Positions 17,868-27,500 of a DNA stretch of 64,000 nt are shown here, one piece after another. Below the pieces are notes generated by a model, which was not told the origin of the DNA, searched no databases, and saw only the letters and a program-made list of their open reading frames with translations. How positions within the stretch are numbered: position 1 is the stretch's first letter; each line of letters starts with the position of its first letter. This DNA is from Myxococcales bacterium SG8_38 (GTDB lineage Bacteria > Myxococcota_A > Polyangia > Polyangiales > Houyiibacteriaceae): the NCBI GenBank assembly GCA_001303415.1, contig LJTN01000029.1:1156-65155 (forward strand), read 5' to 3'. The position numbers and the translations under genes were made by a program.

Positions 17868-18185
17868 ATGACCTACGATCCAGAGGCCAACGAAGCGATG
17901 CAAAAGCCCGGCGCCACGGGTGCGTCCGCCTCTGAAGCGGACACGCGCGAAAGGGCTGGCAAGCCCAAGGCGAGCAAGAAGAGTGGCAACAAGCCCAATA
18001 ATGTTCGCAAGATTCGGATCGAACGCATGATGTCCAAAGCTGAGTTGGCTCGTCGCGCGAACCTATCGGTGTTGACGATTGATCGTGTCGAGAAGGGTTT
18101 TGGATGTCGGATGGACACAAAACGAAAGATTCATTCTCGAAGCTTTGGGTCTGAGACTCGCCGATCGGGTGCGTGTGTTCGGTGA
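17868..18185 (+). CDS. XRE-family helix-turn-helix protein with a Lys-rich N-terminal tail and an apparent +1 frameshift near 18129-18132
   Basis: HTH: MSKAELARRANLSVLTIDRVEKG. After KRKI the annotated frame reads HSRSFGSETRRSGACVR. The +1 frame reads (I)ILEALGLRLADRVRVFGEEE, stopping at 18193-18195, which is the expected XRE C-terminal helix. The start is uncertain (TTG 17853 or ATG 17868). Confidence 0.6.
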   Translation: MTYDPEANEAMQKPGATGASASEADTRERAGKPKASKKSGNKPNNVRKIRIERMMSKAELARRANLSVLTIDRVEKGFGCRMDTKRKIHSRSFGSETRRSGACVR

Positions 18186-18204
18186 GGAGGAGTAGCGTGC
18201 CTAC

Positions 18205-19254
18205 ATGGCATCCGAGGGGAAGAACTTAATCGGCGTCGACATCGGCTCGAGCTCGATCAAGGTTTGTGAGATCAGAGAGGGCCGGAGGGGGGCGCGAACC
18301 ATCACGAGGTTCGGGTTTCACCCTCTACCTGCCGAGACCATCGTAGACGGCCATATCATCAATTCGGGCGCCGTCGTCGAGGGTTTGGAGAAGCTCTTCG
18401 CGCGCTCGAAGCGACGCAACATCGCCCTGCGAGCGAGCGGCCACGGTGTGATCATCAAGAAAATCGCGATGCCGCTCATGACCGCCGCGGAGCTTCACGA
18501 GCAGATCAACTGGGAAGCCGAGCAGCACATCCCGTTCGACCTCGACGAGGTTCAGGTCGACTACGAGGTGCTGCACGAGCGGCCTGACCACGGTCAGATG
18601 GACGTCCTGCTCGTAGCGGCAAAGAAGGAAGAAATTACGGATCTAATCAACCTGGCGATGGAGGCTCGCCTTCGTCCGATGGTCGTCGATTTGGATGCGT
18701 TTACGGTCCAAAACGTCTTCGAAGCGGCGTACGGACCTGCAGCAGCCGATCAGACCACCGTGTTGGTGCATTGCGGCGCCTCGACGACCACGGTGAACAT
18801 CTTGGCGGACGGCACCACCGCGTTTACGCGCGACATCGCCAATGGCGGAAACGGCATCACCGAGGAGATTCAGCGCCAGCTGGGCATCGGGCGGGAAGAG
18901 GCAGAGTCCTACAAGTGCGGAGGGGAAGGCCGCGGTATCGTTCCAAGAGAGGTGCCCGAAATCGTCAATCAGGCGGTCGAGCAGCTCGCGGGTGAGATTC
19001 AGCGCTCATTGGACTTCTACTTGGCCACCAGCGGCGACCGGGACTTGAGCCGCATCTGTCTTTCGGGCGGCACCGCGAACATTCAATCGTTCTCCGAGAT
19101 CCTTCAGGGGCGGACGGAGGTGCCGGTCGAGATGCTCGACGCGACGCGCGTGGCCGACATCGACGAGAAGGCAGCAGTCGAGCTGCAAGGACGTACCTCG
19201 CAAGCCGTCGTGAGCATCGGATTGGCGCTGCGCAAGGAGCGGGAGCGTAACTGA
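18205..19254 (+). CDS. pilM: Type IV pilus assembly protein PilM (actin-like ATPase fold)
   Basis: GVDIGSSSIKVCEI, VDLDAFTVQNVF and LSGGTANI. Followed by pilNOPQ. Confidence 0.9.
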   Translation: MASEGKNLIGVDIGSSSIKVCEIREGRRGARTITRFGFHPLPAETIVDGHIINSGAVVEGLEKLFARSKRRNIALRASGHGVIIKKIAMPLMTAAELHEQINWEAEQHIPFDLDEVQVDYEVLHERPDHGQMDVLLVAAKKEEITDLINLAMEARLRPMVVDLDAFTVQNVFEAAYGPAAADQTTVLVHCGASTTTVNILADGTTAFTRDIANGGNGITEEIQRQLGIGREEAESYKCGGEGRGIVPREVPEIVNQAVEQLAGEIQRSLDFYLATSGDRDLSRICLSGGTANIQSFSEILQGRTEVPVEMLDATRVADIDEKAAVELQGRTSQAVVSIGLALRKERERN

Positions 19255-19925
19255 TGATTCGCATCAATCTGCTACCCACCGACAAGAAAAAGCGTGCGCG
19301 GCGCCCCGGTCCCGTTGCGTTGCCCGCAGGTGATCTGAGCATCGGCACATGGGGCGCGATTTACGGAGGCGCGATTGCCATCTGGCTCGCCGTGCTCGGG
19401 GTCCTCTACTTCGTCCAGAGCGGGGAGCTCGAGACGATCGTGCAAGAAAACAAGACGCTCGAGGCGAGGCGAGACGAGCTGCAAGGCAAGACCAAGGGGT
19501 TGGCCGACGTGGAGGCCCGGTTGGAGAAGAGCCGCCGTCTGGAGCAGGTCGTGCAGGAGCTGGAGCGGGCCAGGCGGGGTCCAACCCGCGCCGTCATGGA
19601 GCTGTCGAAGATCCTCAGCGACCCGGGCGGGCCGACCATCAACCCAGCCGAGCTTCAGGAGATGAGGGAAGAGAATCCGCTGGCCGGTTACAACGAGTCC
19701 TGGGACGTTCGCCGCCTGTGGCTCACGCGTTTCGAGGAAGTCGACCACGAATGCAAGATCGCCGGCATGGGACGCTCCAACGAAGACGTTGCCGAGTTCT
19801 TGCGCCGGCTGACGCTTAGCGAGATCTATGACGACGTGACGCTTCAGCGGACACGCGCGGCAAGCGATCCGGAGACCGGCCTCGGGACGGTCGGCTTCGA
19901 CATAACCTGCAAGGTGAGATACTGA
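19254..19925 (+). CDS. pilN: Type IV pilus assembly protein PilN
   Basis: MIRINLLP start, a single TM helix, a coiled coil, and TGATG overlap with pilM. Confidence 0.8.
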   Translation: MIRINLLPTDKKKRARRPGPVALPAGDLSIGTWGAIYGGAIAIWLAVLGVLYFVQSGELETIVQENKTLEARRDELQGKTKGLADVEARLEKSRRLEQVVQELERARRGPTRAVMELSKILSDPGGPTINPAELQEMREENPLAGYNESWDVRRLWLTRFEEVDHECKIAGMGRSNEDVAEFLRRLTLSEIYDDVTLQRTRAASDPETGLGTVGFDITCKVRY

Positions 19926-20506
19926 TGGCGAGCATCGAAGAGAGGTTTGTAGGCCTGCCGAGTTGGGGGAAGGCGCTCGTCCTCGTGGGGTTGCTCGCCC
20001 TGCTCGGAGCCGCCTACTACGCGTTGATCCATGGTGGCATCTCGTCCGACCTCCAGTCCGCGAAGGCCAAGAATGCGCAGCTCCAGGAGCAGATCCGCGA
20101 AGCAGAGCGCCGCGAGAAGCAGTACCTGGAACTGACACAAGAGCTCGCAAACCGTGAAACGGACGATCGCCAAAATCGCCGCATCCTGCCGGAGGATGCC
20201 GAGATTGCAGCCTTCCTCCAGGATCTCAATCGGGTCGCGGAGCTCAGCGGTCTCACCATTCGCCTCGTCGAGCCGCGCCCCGAGCAACGCCAAGAGCTCT
20301 ATACGAAGATTCCGGTGGTGTTGGCTTTGACGGGCCGCTTTCATCAGCTCACGAAGTTCTTCTACAACGTGAGCAAGCTGGATAGGGCCATCAGCATGGA
20401 GAACATACGGATGACTCAGCCCAAGCTGCTTCCGTCGGGAGAAGTGGTCATCGACGTCGATGTTCGCGCAACGACGTACCGTCGTCCGCCGGGTGAGGGG
20501 AAATGA
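19925..20506 (+). CDS. pilO: Type IV pilus assembly protein PilO
   Basis: One TM helix, a coiled coil, then IPVVLALTGRFHQLTKFFYNVSKLDRAISMENI, typical of PilO. Position is between pilN and pilP. Confidence 0.75.
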   Translation: MASIEERFVGLPSWGKALVLVGLLALLGAAYYALIHGGISSDLQSAKAKNAQLQEQIREAERREKQYLELTQELANRETDDRQNRRILPEDAEIAAFLQDLNRVAELSGLTIRLVEPRPEQRQELYTKIPVVLALTGRFHQLTKFFYNVSKLDRAISMENIRMTQPKLLPSGEVVIDVDVRATTYRRPPGEGK

Positions 20507-21132
20507 CCATGTTTTCCAAGAGCCCGATGTTGATTTGCTTGCTCCTCCTAGCCGCTGCGATTGGCGCAGGGTGCGGAGGCGGTGATGAGGAGTTCGGCGG
20601 CCCACGGGGGCTCGGGCCAGGGGGCGGCACCCGCGCAAAGAAGGGTGCAACGACCGCGCCGGACGAAGCAGCCGCACCCAAGACGGACCTCGGGCCAATC
20701 GTGTACACCGACGAGGACTTCGTGGAGCTCGACGTCCAGAACCGAGACCCGTTCCGCTCGTACGCCAAAGCGTTCAAGGCGCAGGCTGCTGCGCCGGCGC
20801 AACGTCGCGTGTTGATGCCGAGCACTAGCCTCGACGAGATGAAGCTCATCGCCATCGTCACCGGCATCACGACGCCGCGCGCCATGCTCACGGACACGAC
20901 GCAAGTCGGACACGTGGTCCGCCGGGGCGACTACATAGGCCGTCCCGAAGTGGTACAGACCGGAGGTTCAGAGGGAATACCGGTCACACTGAACTGGCGT
21001 GTGGACCGCATCCGTCCAGGATCAGTCGTGCTGACGCGCGAAGATCCAACGTCACCGGATAAGCCGCCTCTGACGCGCGTGATGCCGCTCCACGAAGGTG
21101 GGGAGCCGACGCAGCTCACCGAGTCTCCCTGA
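20503..21132 (+). CDS. pilP: Type IV pilus assembly lipoprotein PilP
   Basis: Lipobox AIGAGC, RDPFRSY motif, C-terminal beta-rich domain, and ATGA overlap with pilO. Confidence 0.65.
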   Translation: MTMFSKSPMLICLLLLAAAIGAGCGGGDEEFGGPRGLGPGGGTRAKKGATTAPDEAAAPKTDLGPIVYTDEDFVELDVQNRDPFRSYAKAFKAQAAAPAQRRVLMPSTSLDEMKLIAIVTGITTPRAMLTDTTQVGHVVRRGDYIGRPEVVQTGGSEGIPVTLNWRVDRIRPGSVVLTREDPTSPDKPPLTRVMPLHEGGEPTQLTESP

Positions 21133-21215
21133 GAGCCAATTCGCAGTCGGTAGTTTTCTTGCTTCGTCCGTCGCTGGCGTCCGATGATTAACGTCAGCTG
21201 GCAGAGGAGTCAGGA

Positions 21216-23384
21216 ATGCGTATTCATTGGGGTCTCGCAATCGCCGTAGGGGCAGCTTTCGCATGGGTGAACATGGCTCGTGCGTTAGGGTCGGAAATCG
21301 ACCACGTCCGAATCGACGGCGAGCGCGACGGAGCATTCATCTCGATCGAAGGTGCGTTTCAAGATCCGCGATACGCGGTACGCGCTCGCGAGGATGGGCG
21401 CCTGATCATCATCGACATCGACAACGCCGCGCTGCCGCCGGGAGGCATCGAGACGAGGGGAACGAGCGCGTTGATCGCACGCACCGTGGCGAGCAGCACT
21501 GCGCAGGGCGCGCGAATCGAGCTGAAGCTCACCGACAAGGCCACCTATCACGCGCGTGCCAGCAACGATCGCATCACCGTCGATCTCCGGCGCGGCGGCG
21601 CGGCGGCCCGAGCCAAGCCGAAGACCTCTGCGGGCTCGAGCGCGCCTCGCATCGAACGGGTGGATCTCGAGCAGAGAGACGGTCGTGACCGAGTGGTCAT
21701 TTCCGTGCAAGGCGACGCGGAGTTTCGCGTATCTACGCGGGCTGGCGCGCCCCCCAGGTTGGAGGTTCTCGGCGCGCGCGTGAATCCCGACGTCAAGCGC
21801 CGTTTGGAGGCGCCGCGCGACGCCTTGATCGGTTCGGTCGAGCTCGAGCAAAAGGGAGACCGTGCGATCGTGGAGGTGCATGGCTCCGAGGGGGCTGCGG
21901 GCACGGCCATCCGCTCTGGGGACCGGATCGTCTGGATGTTCTCGCCCACGACCACCGAGACGCGTCCGCATTCCCGCACGATTGCACGTGAGAAAGACTA
22001 TGCCGCGGAGGTCGATGGACCCGAGGTGGCCGGCTTTTTGAGCCAGCTGCCCATGCAGATTGGACGAAAGCAAGACCAGCGTTACTCCGGCCGCCGAATC
22101 GACCTCGACTTCAAGGACGCCGACATCCACAACATTCTGCGGCTGCTCTCCGAGGTCGGCGGAGTAAACGTCGTCACCGCCGACAACGTCGGTGGCACGG
22201 TCACGATCCGCATGCGCGACGTTCCCTGGGATCAGGCCCTAGACGTGATCCTGCAGGCCAAGGGGCTCGGCATGGTGCGTCAGGGCAATCTGCTTCGGGT
22301 CGCCCCTCTCGCGCAGCTCGAGCAGGAGCGGGAGGCGGCCATTGCCCGACAGAAGCAGCAGCAGCAGCTCGCTCCGCTCGAAACGCGCCTCATTCCGGTG
22401 AGCTATGCGACTGCGCAGGGGCTCCAGCCGCGTGTTCGCGAGCTTCTCACCGATCGAGGGACCGTCTCGGTCGACACCCGGACGAACATGCTGATCGTGC
22501 GCGACATCGTCGGACAGCTCGACCAGGTCGAAGACTTGGTCCGGAGCCTGGATACGCAGACACCGCAGGTTCTGATCGAGTCACGCATCGTGGAGGCGAG
22601 CAGCACGTACTCGCGGGACATCGGCATTCAGTGGGGCGGCGCCGCAGTGATGAGCAGCGCAACGGGCAATCCCACCGGTCTGCGCTTCCCGTCCGACATC
22701 GGCATTGCGGGCGGTGTTCCCGTCGACAACGCGCCGACGCAAGGGCTCTCGCCGTTCAACGGCACGGTGAACAATCCGAACTTCGCGGTGAACCTGCCGG
22801 CCGTGACTGGTAACGGCGCAGGCGGCGCGCTTGGTCTGACCATGGGAAGCCTCAGCGGCGCCGTGAACCTGAACGTGCGTCTGAGCGCGGCGGAGGCGGC
22901 CGGCTCCGTTCGAATCATCAGCTCTCCGCGCGTGTTGACGTTGGACAACAAAGAGGCGTCGATCTCGCAGGGTACGTTGATTCCGTTCTCTCAGGTGAGC
23001 GCGCAGGGCGTCAACACGGCCTTCCAGGAAGCCAAGCTCGAGCTCAACGTCACTCCGCACGTGACCAGCGACGGCGCGGTGGCCATGGACGTGAAGATCA
23101 CGCGTAACGAGCCCGACTTCGGCCGCGTTGGCGCAAACGGCGACCCGACCATCCTCGAGCGCGAGGCGGTCACGCAGCTTCTCGTCGATGACGGCGATAC
23201 CGCGGTCATCGGGGGCATCTACACACGCAACACGGGCCGGAACGTCGACCAGGTGCCGTTCTTGGGCGACATTCCGGTGCTCGGCGTCTTCTTCAAGCGG
23301 CGCCGCTTCCGCGAGGACCGCAACGAGCTGCTGATTTTCCTCACGCCGCGGATCGTCAACCGCGCCTTGGCCCTCCCGGAATAG
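21216..23384 (+). CDS. pilQ: Type IV pilus secretin PilQ with N-terminal AMIN-like repeats
   Basis: The secretin C-terminal domain has QVLIESRIVEAS, ISSPRVLTLDNKEASISQG and VPFLGDIPVLGVFFKRR..ELLIFLTPRIV. Repeated AMIN-like units (RDGRDRVVISVQGDAEF and similar) occur in the N-terminus. Confidence 0.9.
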   Translation: MRIHWGLAIAVGAAFAWVNMARALGSEIDHVRIDGERDGAFISIEGAFQDPRYAVRAREDGRLIIIDIDNAALPPGGIETRGTSALIARTVASSTAQGARIELKLTDKATYHARASNDRITVDLRRGGAAARAKPKTSAGSSAPRIERVDLEQRDGRDRVVISVQGDAEFRVSTRAGAPPRLEVLGARVNPDVKRRLEAPRDALIGSVELEQKGDRAIVEVHGSEGAAGTAIRSGDRIVWMFSPTTTETRPHSRTIAREKDYAAEVDGPEVAGFLSQLPMQIGRKQDQRYSGRRIDLDFKDADIHNILRLLSEVGGVNVVTADNVGGTVTIRMRDVPWDQALDVILQAKGLGMVRQGNLLRVAPLAQLEQEREAAIARQKQQQQLAPLETRLIPVSYATAQGLQPRVRELLTDRGTVSVDTRTNMLIVRDIVGQLDQVEDLVRSLDTQTPQVLIESRIVEASSTYSRDIGIQWGGAAVMSSATGNPTGLRFPSDIGIAGGVPVDNAPTQGLSPFNGTVNNPNFAVNLPAVTGNGAGGALGLTMGSLSGAVNLNVRLSAAEAAGSVRIISSPRVLTLDNKEASISQGTLIPFSQVSAQGVNTAFQEAKLELNVTPHVTSDGAVAMDVKITRNEPDFGRVGANGDPTILEREAVTQLLVDDGDTAVIGGIYTRNTGRNVDQVPFLGDIPVLGVFFKRRRFREDRNELLIFLTPRIVNRALALPE

Positions 23385-23398
23385 CCCGAGCTGGCCCC

Positions 23399-24997
23399 GT
23401 GACTGGGCGGCGGGCTCCCCGTATGCTCCGTGACGTGCGCGTGTATCTGTCAGGGCCCATGGGGGCTGGAAAGTCGACGGTCGCCGGTGTTGTCGCCGAC
23501 CTTCTGGGCACCCGTGCGCTCGATTTGGATGTCCAGGTGGAGCGCCTCTTTGGGAGGTCGATTCCCCAGATCTTCGCGGAGCAGGGCGAGCAAGCCTTTC
23601 GGGCGCTCGAGAAAGAGGCCCTGAGGACGCTCCCGGGGGACGTGGGGGTCGTGTCGCTCGGCGGAGGGACGCTCGTCGACGACGAGACACGGCAGAGGCT
23701 GCTTGGGGAAGGGATCGTGATCACGTTGATTGCGGACCCTGCGGTCCTGGCGGCGCGCGTGGGACGGGGGGAAGGGAGGCCTTTGCTCGGCCCGGACCCG
23801 GAGGCCGACCTCGCGCGAATCCTCGCGCAGAGGGCGAACGCCTATGCCGAGGCCCACGCGGTCATCGACACGAAGACCTTGGACCCCGAGGAAATCGCCG
23901 CAGAGATCGTGGCGGTGCGCAATCTCAGGTCCATCGTCGTGCCCCTCGGCCTGCGCACATACCGCGTCGAGGTGGGGCGCGGCGCACGCCATCGGGTCGG
24001 GGTACGCGCCCGCGAGCACGCGCAGGGCGAGGCCATCCTGGTATTCGATGGAGACGCACGGCGTCCCTGGGCTGGAGAAGTCATTCATGATCTGACGATA
24101 GCCGGCAAACCTCCAATCGAGGTGAAGCTGTTGGGTGACGAGGCGCACAAGGACATCGCCAGCGTCGAGCGGATCTGGGATACGGCGCTCGACGCAGGGG
24201 TCGATCGAAGCGCCATCATGATCGGGCTCGGAGGCGGGGTGATCGGGGATCTGACGGCCTTCGCAGCCTCCACCTTGCTCCGTGGCGTGGCGCTCGGACA
24301 GGTGCCCACCACGCTCTTGTCGATGGTCGACAGCTCCGTGGGTGGCAAGACCGGCTTCAACCGTCCGCGCGGCAAGAACCTCGTGGGGACCTTCTATCAG
24401 CCGAAGTTCGTGCTGTGCGACGTCGAGACCTTGTCCACGCTCCCGCGCGAAGAGCGCATCGCGGGGTTGGCGGAGGTCGTCAAGAGCGCTTGGCTCGACT
24501 CCGAGGAATCGGTGGCCATGCTCGAGCAGAATGCCGAGGCGCTGGTGGAAGGCGACGAGGACGCGACCATTGCCGCCGTCCGCATGTCGGTGATGCTCAA
24601 GTCACGCATCGTGCACGAGGACGAGCAAGAATCGGGGCGCCGGATGCTCCTGAACCTCGGGCACACCGTCGGTCACGGCCTCGAAGCGGCAAGCGACTAT
24701 CGCGGAATTCGTCACGGGGAAGGGGTCGCCCTCGGAATGATCGCGGCCACGCGCGTGGCCGCTCGCCTCGGCCGCGGGCGTCCGGAAGAGACCGAGCGGC
24801 TGACGCGGCTTTTGGAAAGGCTCGGCCTGCCCACCGATCTCGACGCGAAGCTGAACGCCCGTGCGCTCGAGTTCATCGGCTCGGACAAGAAGCGCCGCGG
24901 AGACACAATTCACTTCATAATTCCGCGACTTCCGGGACAGACCGAGATAGTCCGGCTGGGGCTCGAGGAGGTGCGAGAGGCGCTCAGGGCATCCTAA
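23399..24997 (+). CDS. aroKB: Fused shikimate kinase and 3-dehydroquinate synthase
   Basis: The N-terminal P-loop YLSGPMGAGKSTVAGVVA and SLGGG belong to AroK. The remainder has GGGVIGDLTAFAAST, VDSSVGGKTG, LNLGHTVGHGLE and HGEGVALG, which belong to AroB. Confidence 0.9.
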   Translation: MTGRRAPRMLRDVRVYLSGPMGAGKSTVAGVVADLLGTRALDLDVQVERLFGRSIPQIFAEQGEQAFRALEKEALRTLPGDVGVVSLGGGTLVDDETRQRLLGEGIVITLIADPAVLAARVGRGEGRPLLGPDPEADLARILAQRANAYAEAHAVIDTKTLDPEEIAAEIVAVRNLRSIVVPLGLRTYRVEVGRGARHRVGVRAREHAQGEAILVFDGDARRPWAGEVIHDLTIAGKPPIEVKLLGDEAHKDIASVERIWDTALDAGVDRSAIMIGLGGGVIGDLTAFAASTLLRGVALGQVPTTLLSMVDSSVGGKTGFNRPRGKNLVGTFYQPKFVLCDVETLSTLPREERIAGLAEVVKSAWLDSEESVAMLEQNAEALVEGDEDATIAAVRMSVMLKSRIVHEDEQESGRRMLLNLGHTVGHGLEAASDYRGIRHGEGVALGMIAATRVAARLGRGRPEETERLTRLLERLGLPTDLDAKLNARALEFIGSDKKRRGDTIHFIIPRLPGQTEIVRLGLEEVREALRAS

Positions 24998-25062
24998 GCT
25001 TCGGAAATTTGGCGGCTTCCGGACGGGCTCGATACCATGAAAGCACCCTTTGGAGGGGAGTT

Positions 25063-25743
25063 ATGCGCCGATTCATCCTCGTAGCTCTGATGGCGGTGAC
25101 GGTCACCGGCTGTGACCGCTTTCCCGACCTTTCAATTCAAGTCGTGGCGAACCTGCAGCCCGATGAAGACAACTGCTCGGTCTCTGCCGATCAACAAGAA
25201 GTGTGGCTGGCGGGAGTCTACGACTTGAACGTGCAGCGGGACTACTTCATCACGCCCAGAATCGAAAGCTACCTGGTCGACAACGCGCTCGAGTTCCAGG
25301 GACAACAAGGCAACATCCAAATCGACAGCTTCGACATCACGTTGCTGCTCCCCGATGGCACCAAGCCCGAGCTCGGCGCCGACTTGCCCAACCCCTACCG
25401 GGTCACCACCAGCGTCGTCATTCCCGTAAATGAGGCCGCGGGCGCAGCGTCCCTCGGCGCCGCCGCCGCAATCGGCATTCCAGCGTCTTACTACGACGTG
25501 CTGGTGGACATCGTGAACACCACGAGCTTCCGCTCGATCGTCTTGGAGATCGTCGCCAATGGAGAGACATCAGGAGGCTTTCGACAGCAGTCGCCGCCCT
25601 TCCGCTGGCCGATCGAATTCTGTGTGGGTTGCCTAGGTGCGATTTGCGAGGAGCCCGCAGAGCTTTTCGATCCGCTCGGGTGCTTCCCCGGCCAGGACGG
25701 CTGGCAGTATTGCGGCGAGATCGTCCCTCCGGCAGCGCCCTAG
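25063..25743 (+). CDS. Hypothetical lipoprotein, Cys-rich C-terminus
   Basis: ATG 25063 follows GGAGGGGAG. MRRFILVALMAVTVTGC is a signal peptide with lipobox. The upstream part of ORF 24415..25743 is an out-of-frame overlap with aroKB. Confidence 0.6.
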   Translation: MRRFILVALMAVTVTGCDRFPDLSIQVVANLQPDEDNCSVSADQQEVWLAGVYDLNVQRDYFITPRIESYLVDNALEFQGQQGNIQIDSFDITLLLPDGTKPELGADLPNPYRVTTSVVIPVNEAAGAASLGAAAAIGIPASYYDVLVDIVNTTSFRSIVLEIVANGETSGGFRQQSPPFRWPIEFCVGCLGAICEEPAELFDPLGCFPGQDGWQYCGEIVPPAAP

Positions 25744-27500
25744 CGCAGCGAAAAGAAATACGGCGGAACCAGGGCCACGTGCTCCCACTGAATGACCTGG
25801 AGCATGGCGAGCCACGTCTCGATGGGAAGCGGGGTGGTCGCGAGCCGTTCCCGCAGCCACAGCGCTTTCAGGTTGCGCGCCTCGTCTCCATTGCCGCTCA
25901 ACAAATCGGTGATCGCGTCGAGTACGCCCTTGCTCCGAGGCCAGACCTCGACCGGCGCATCGGCGCTGAGGCCGGCCGCGGCGCGGGCTCGATCGAGCGC
26001 CTCGCCGAGACCCGCCATCTCGTCCACCAGCTTCAGGTCTTTCCCGTCCTGGGCGGTCATCACCCGGCCTTCGGCCGCCGCGAGCACCGCCTCGCGGGGG
26101 ATCTTGCGTCCCGTGGCCACGCGGTCGATGAACCGGTCATAGGTATCGCGAAGCAGCTTCTCGAACGCCTCGCGCTCGGTCTCGTTCCAGGCACGCACCG
26201 GCGTCGCCCAGGCTGCGCGCTTTCCGCGCTGCAGGATGTACGTGTGGATGCCGGCGTCCTCGCTGAGCTCGGCCAGGTTGAACTTGCCGCCCACCACGCC
26301 AATCGATCCCACCAGGCTATTCGGATGCGCGAGGATTTGATCGGCGGCCGACGCGATGTAGTACCCGCCGCTCGCGGCGAGATCGCCCACGCTGGCGATC
26401 AGCGGCTTGGTCTCGGCGAGGTTGCGCGCCGCCTCCCACATCCGATCGCTCGCGAGCGCCGAGCCTCCGGGTGAGTTGATGCGCAACACGACGGCCTTGA
26501 CGTCCTCGTCCTCTTCGAGCCGCTCCATCACGCGGACGAAGGGGCCGGCCACCGCGTCACCGATCCGATCGGTCTCTCCGTCACGGATGGTGCCGGTCAC
26601 GAACACCAGGGCCACACGCTCGCCGCGCGATTTTGCTTCATCCTTCTCGCCGCTCAGCAGATCCAAGAACTGGCCGAGAGTCAGCTCCTCGGGCTTCGGC
26701 AGCATTCGGGTACGCTCGATCTTGTCGACGCCGGCGGCCTTCTTCACCTCCTCGCGTGACTCGCGAACGAATCCGATGGCGTCGACCAAACCGGTTTCTT
26801 TCGCAGCCGCCGACACATAGGGGCCTCCATCGATGATCGCTTTGGCCCTCTCGACATCGCCCTGCGTCCGAGCCTTGGTCGCTTCGATCAGAGCGCCGTA
26901 GAGGTCGTCGAGGATCGCGTCCATCGACTCCTTGGTTTCCTCCGGCATGTCGTCGCGCATGAATACGTCGCCCGCGCCTTTGTAACGGCCCATGTGGACG
27001 ATCTCCGCTTGCACGCCGATCTTTTCCAAGAAAGAGCGTGCGTACACCATCACCGCAGCGGGACCGATCAAATCGAGCACCCCGGCGGGCGACATGGTGA
27101 TCCGGTCGCAGGCCGAGGCGAGCAGGAGGTAGCCTACGTTGTCCGCCGTGTCGAAATGGCAGTGCACCGGCCGCTTGTCGGATCGGAAGTCATCGAGCGC
27201 CTCGGCAATGTCGCCGACGCTCGCCCAGGCCCCCTGTAAGGGGCCGACCCGGATGAACAAGCCCCTCACGTCGTTGTTCTCGGTGGACTCCCAGATGCGC
27301 TCCAAGATGTCGTGGAGCGTGGGCTGGGGAAGCTCGAACGGATCGTGCTCCGCTCCGTCGGGGAAGGGCTCGAGGATTCGTAGCTCGTGGACGACGGGCC
27401 CGCGCGAGGCAGGCTCGTCGCCCCGGCTGCAGGACATCATGCTGAACGATGTCACCATCGCAGCGAGAATGAGCGCGGAACGACGCGCGTCGTGCTTCAT
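25740..27500 (-). CDS. sppA: Signal peptide peptidase SppA, 67K type (two S49 domains)
   Basis: RINSPGGSALASD, ASVGDLAASGGYYIA and a second ClpP/crotonase-like half. 586 aa. Confidence 0.85.
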   Translation of the reverse strand: MKHDARRSALILAAMVTSFSMMSCSRGDEPASRGPVVHELRILEPFPDGAEHDPFELPQPTLHDILERIWESTENNDVRGLFIRVGPLQGAWASVGDIAEALDDFRSDKRPVHCHFDTADNVGYLLLASACDRITMSPAGVLDLIGPAAVMVYARSFLEKIGVQAEIVHMGRYKGAGDVFMRDDMPEETKESMDAILDDLYGALIEATKARTQGDVERAKAIIDGGPYVSAAAKETGLVDAIGFVRESREEVKKAAGVDKIERTRMLPKPEELTLGQFLDLLSGEKDEAKSRGERVALVFVTGTIRDGETDRIGDAVAGPFVRVMERLEEDEDVKAVVLRINSPGGSALASDRMWEAARNLAETKPLIASVGDLAASGGYYIASAADQILAHPNSLVGSIGVVGGKFNLAELSEDAGIHTYILQRGKRAAWATPVRAWNETEREAFEKLLRDTYDRFIDRVATGRKIPREAVLAAAEGRVMTAQDGKDLKLVDEMAGLGEALDRARAAAGLSADAPVEVWPRSKGVLDAITDLLSGNGDEARNLKALWLRERLATTPLPIETWLAMLQVIQWEHVALVPPYFFSLR

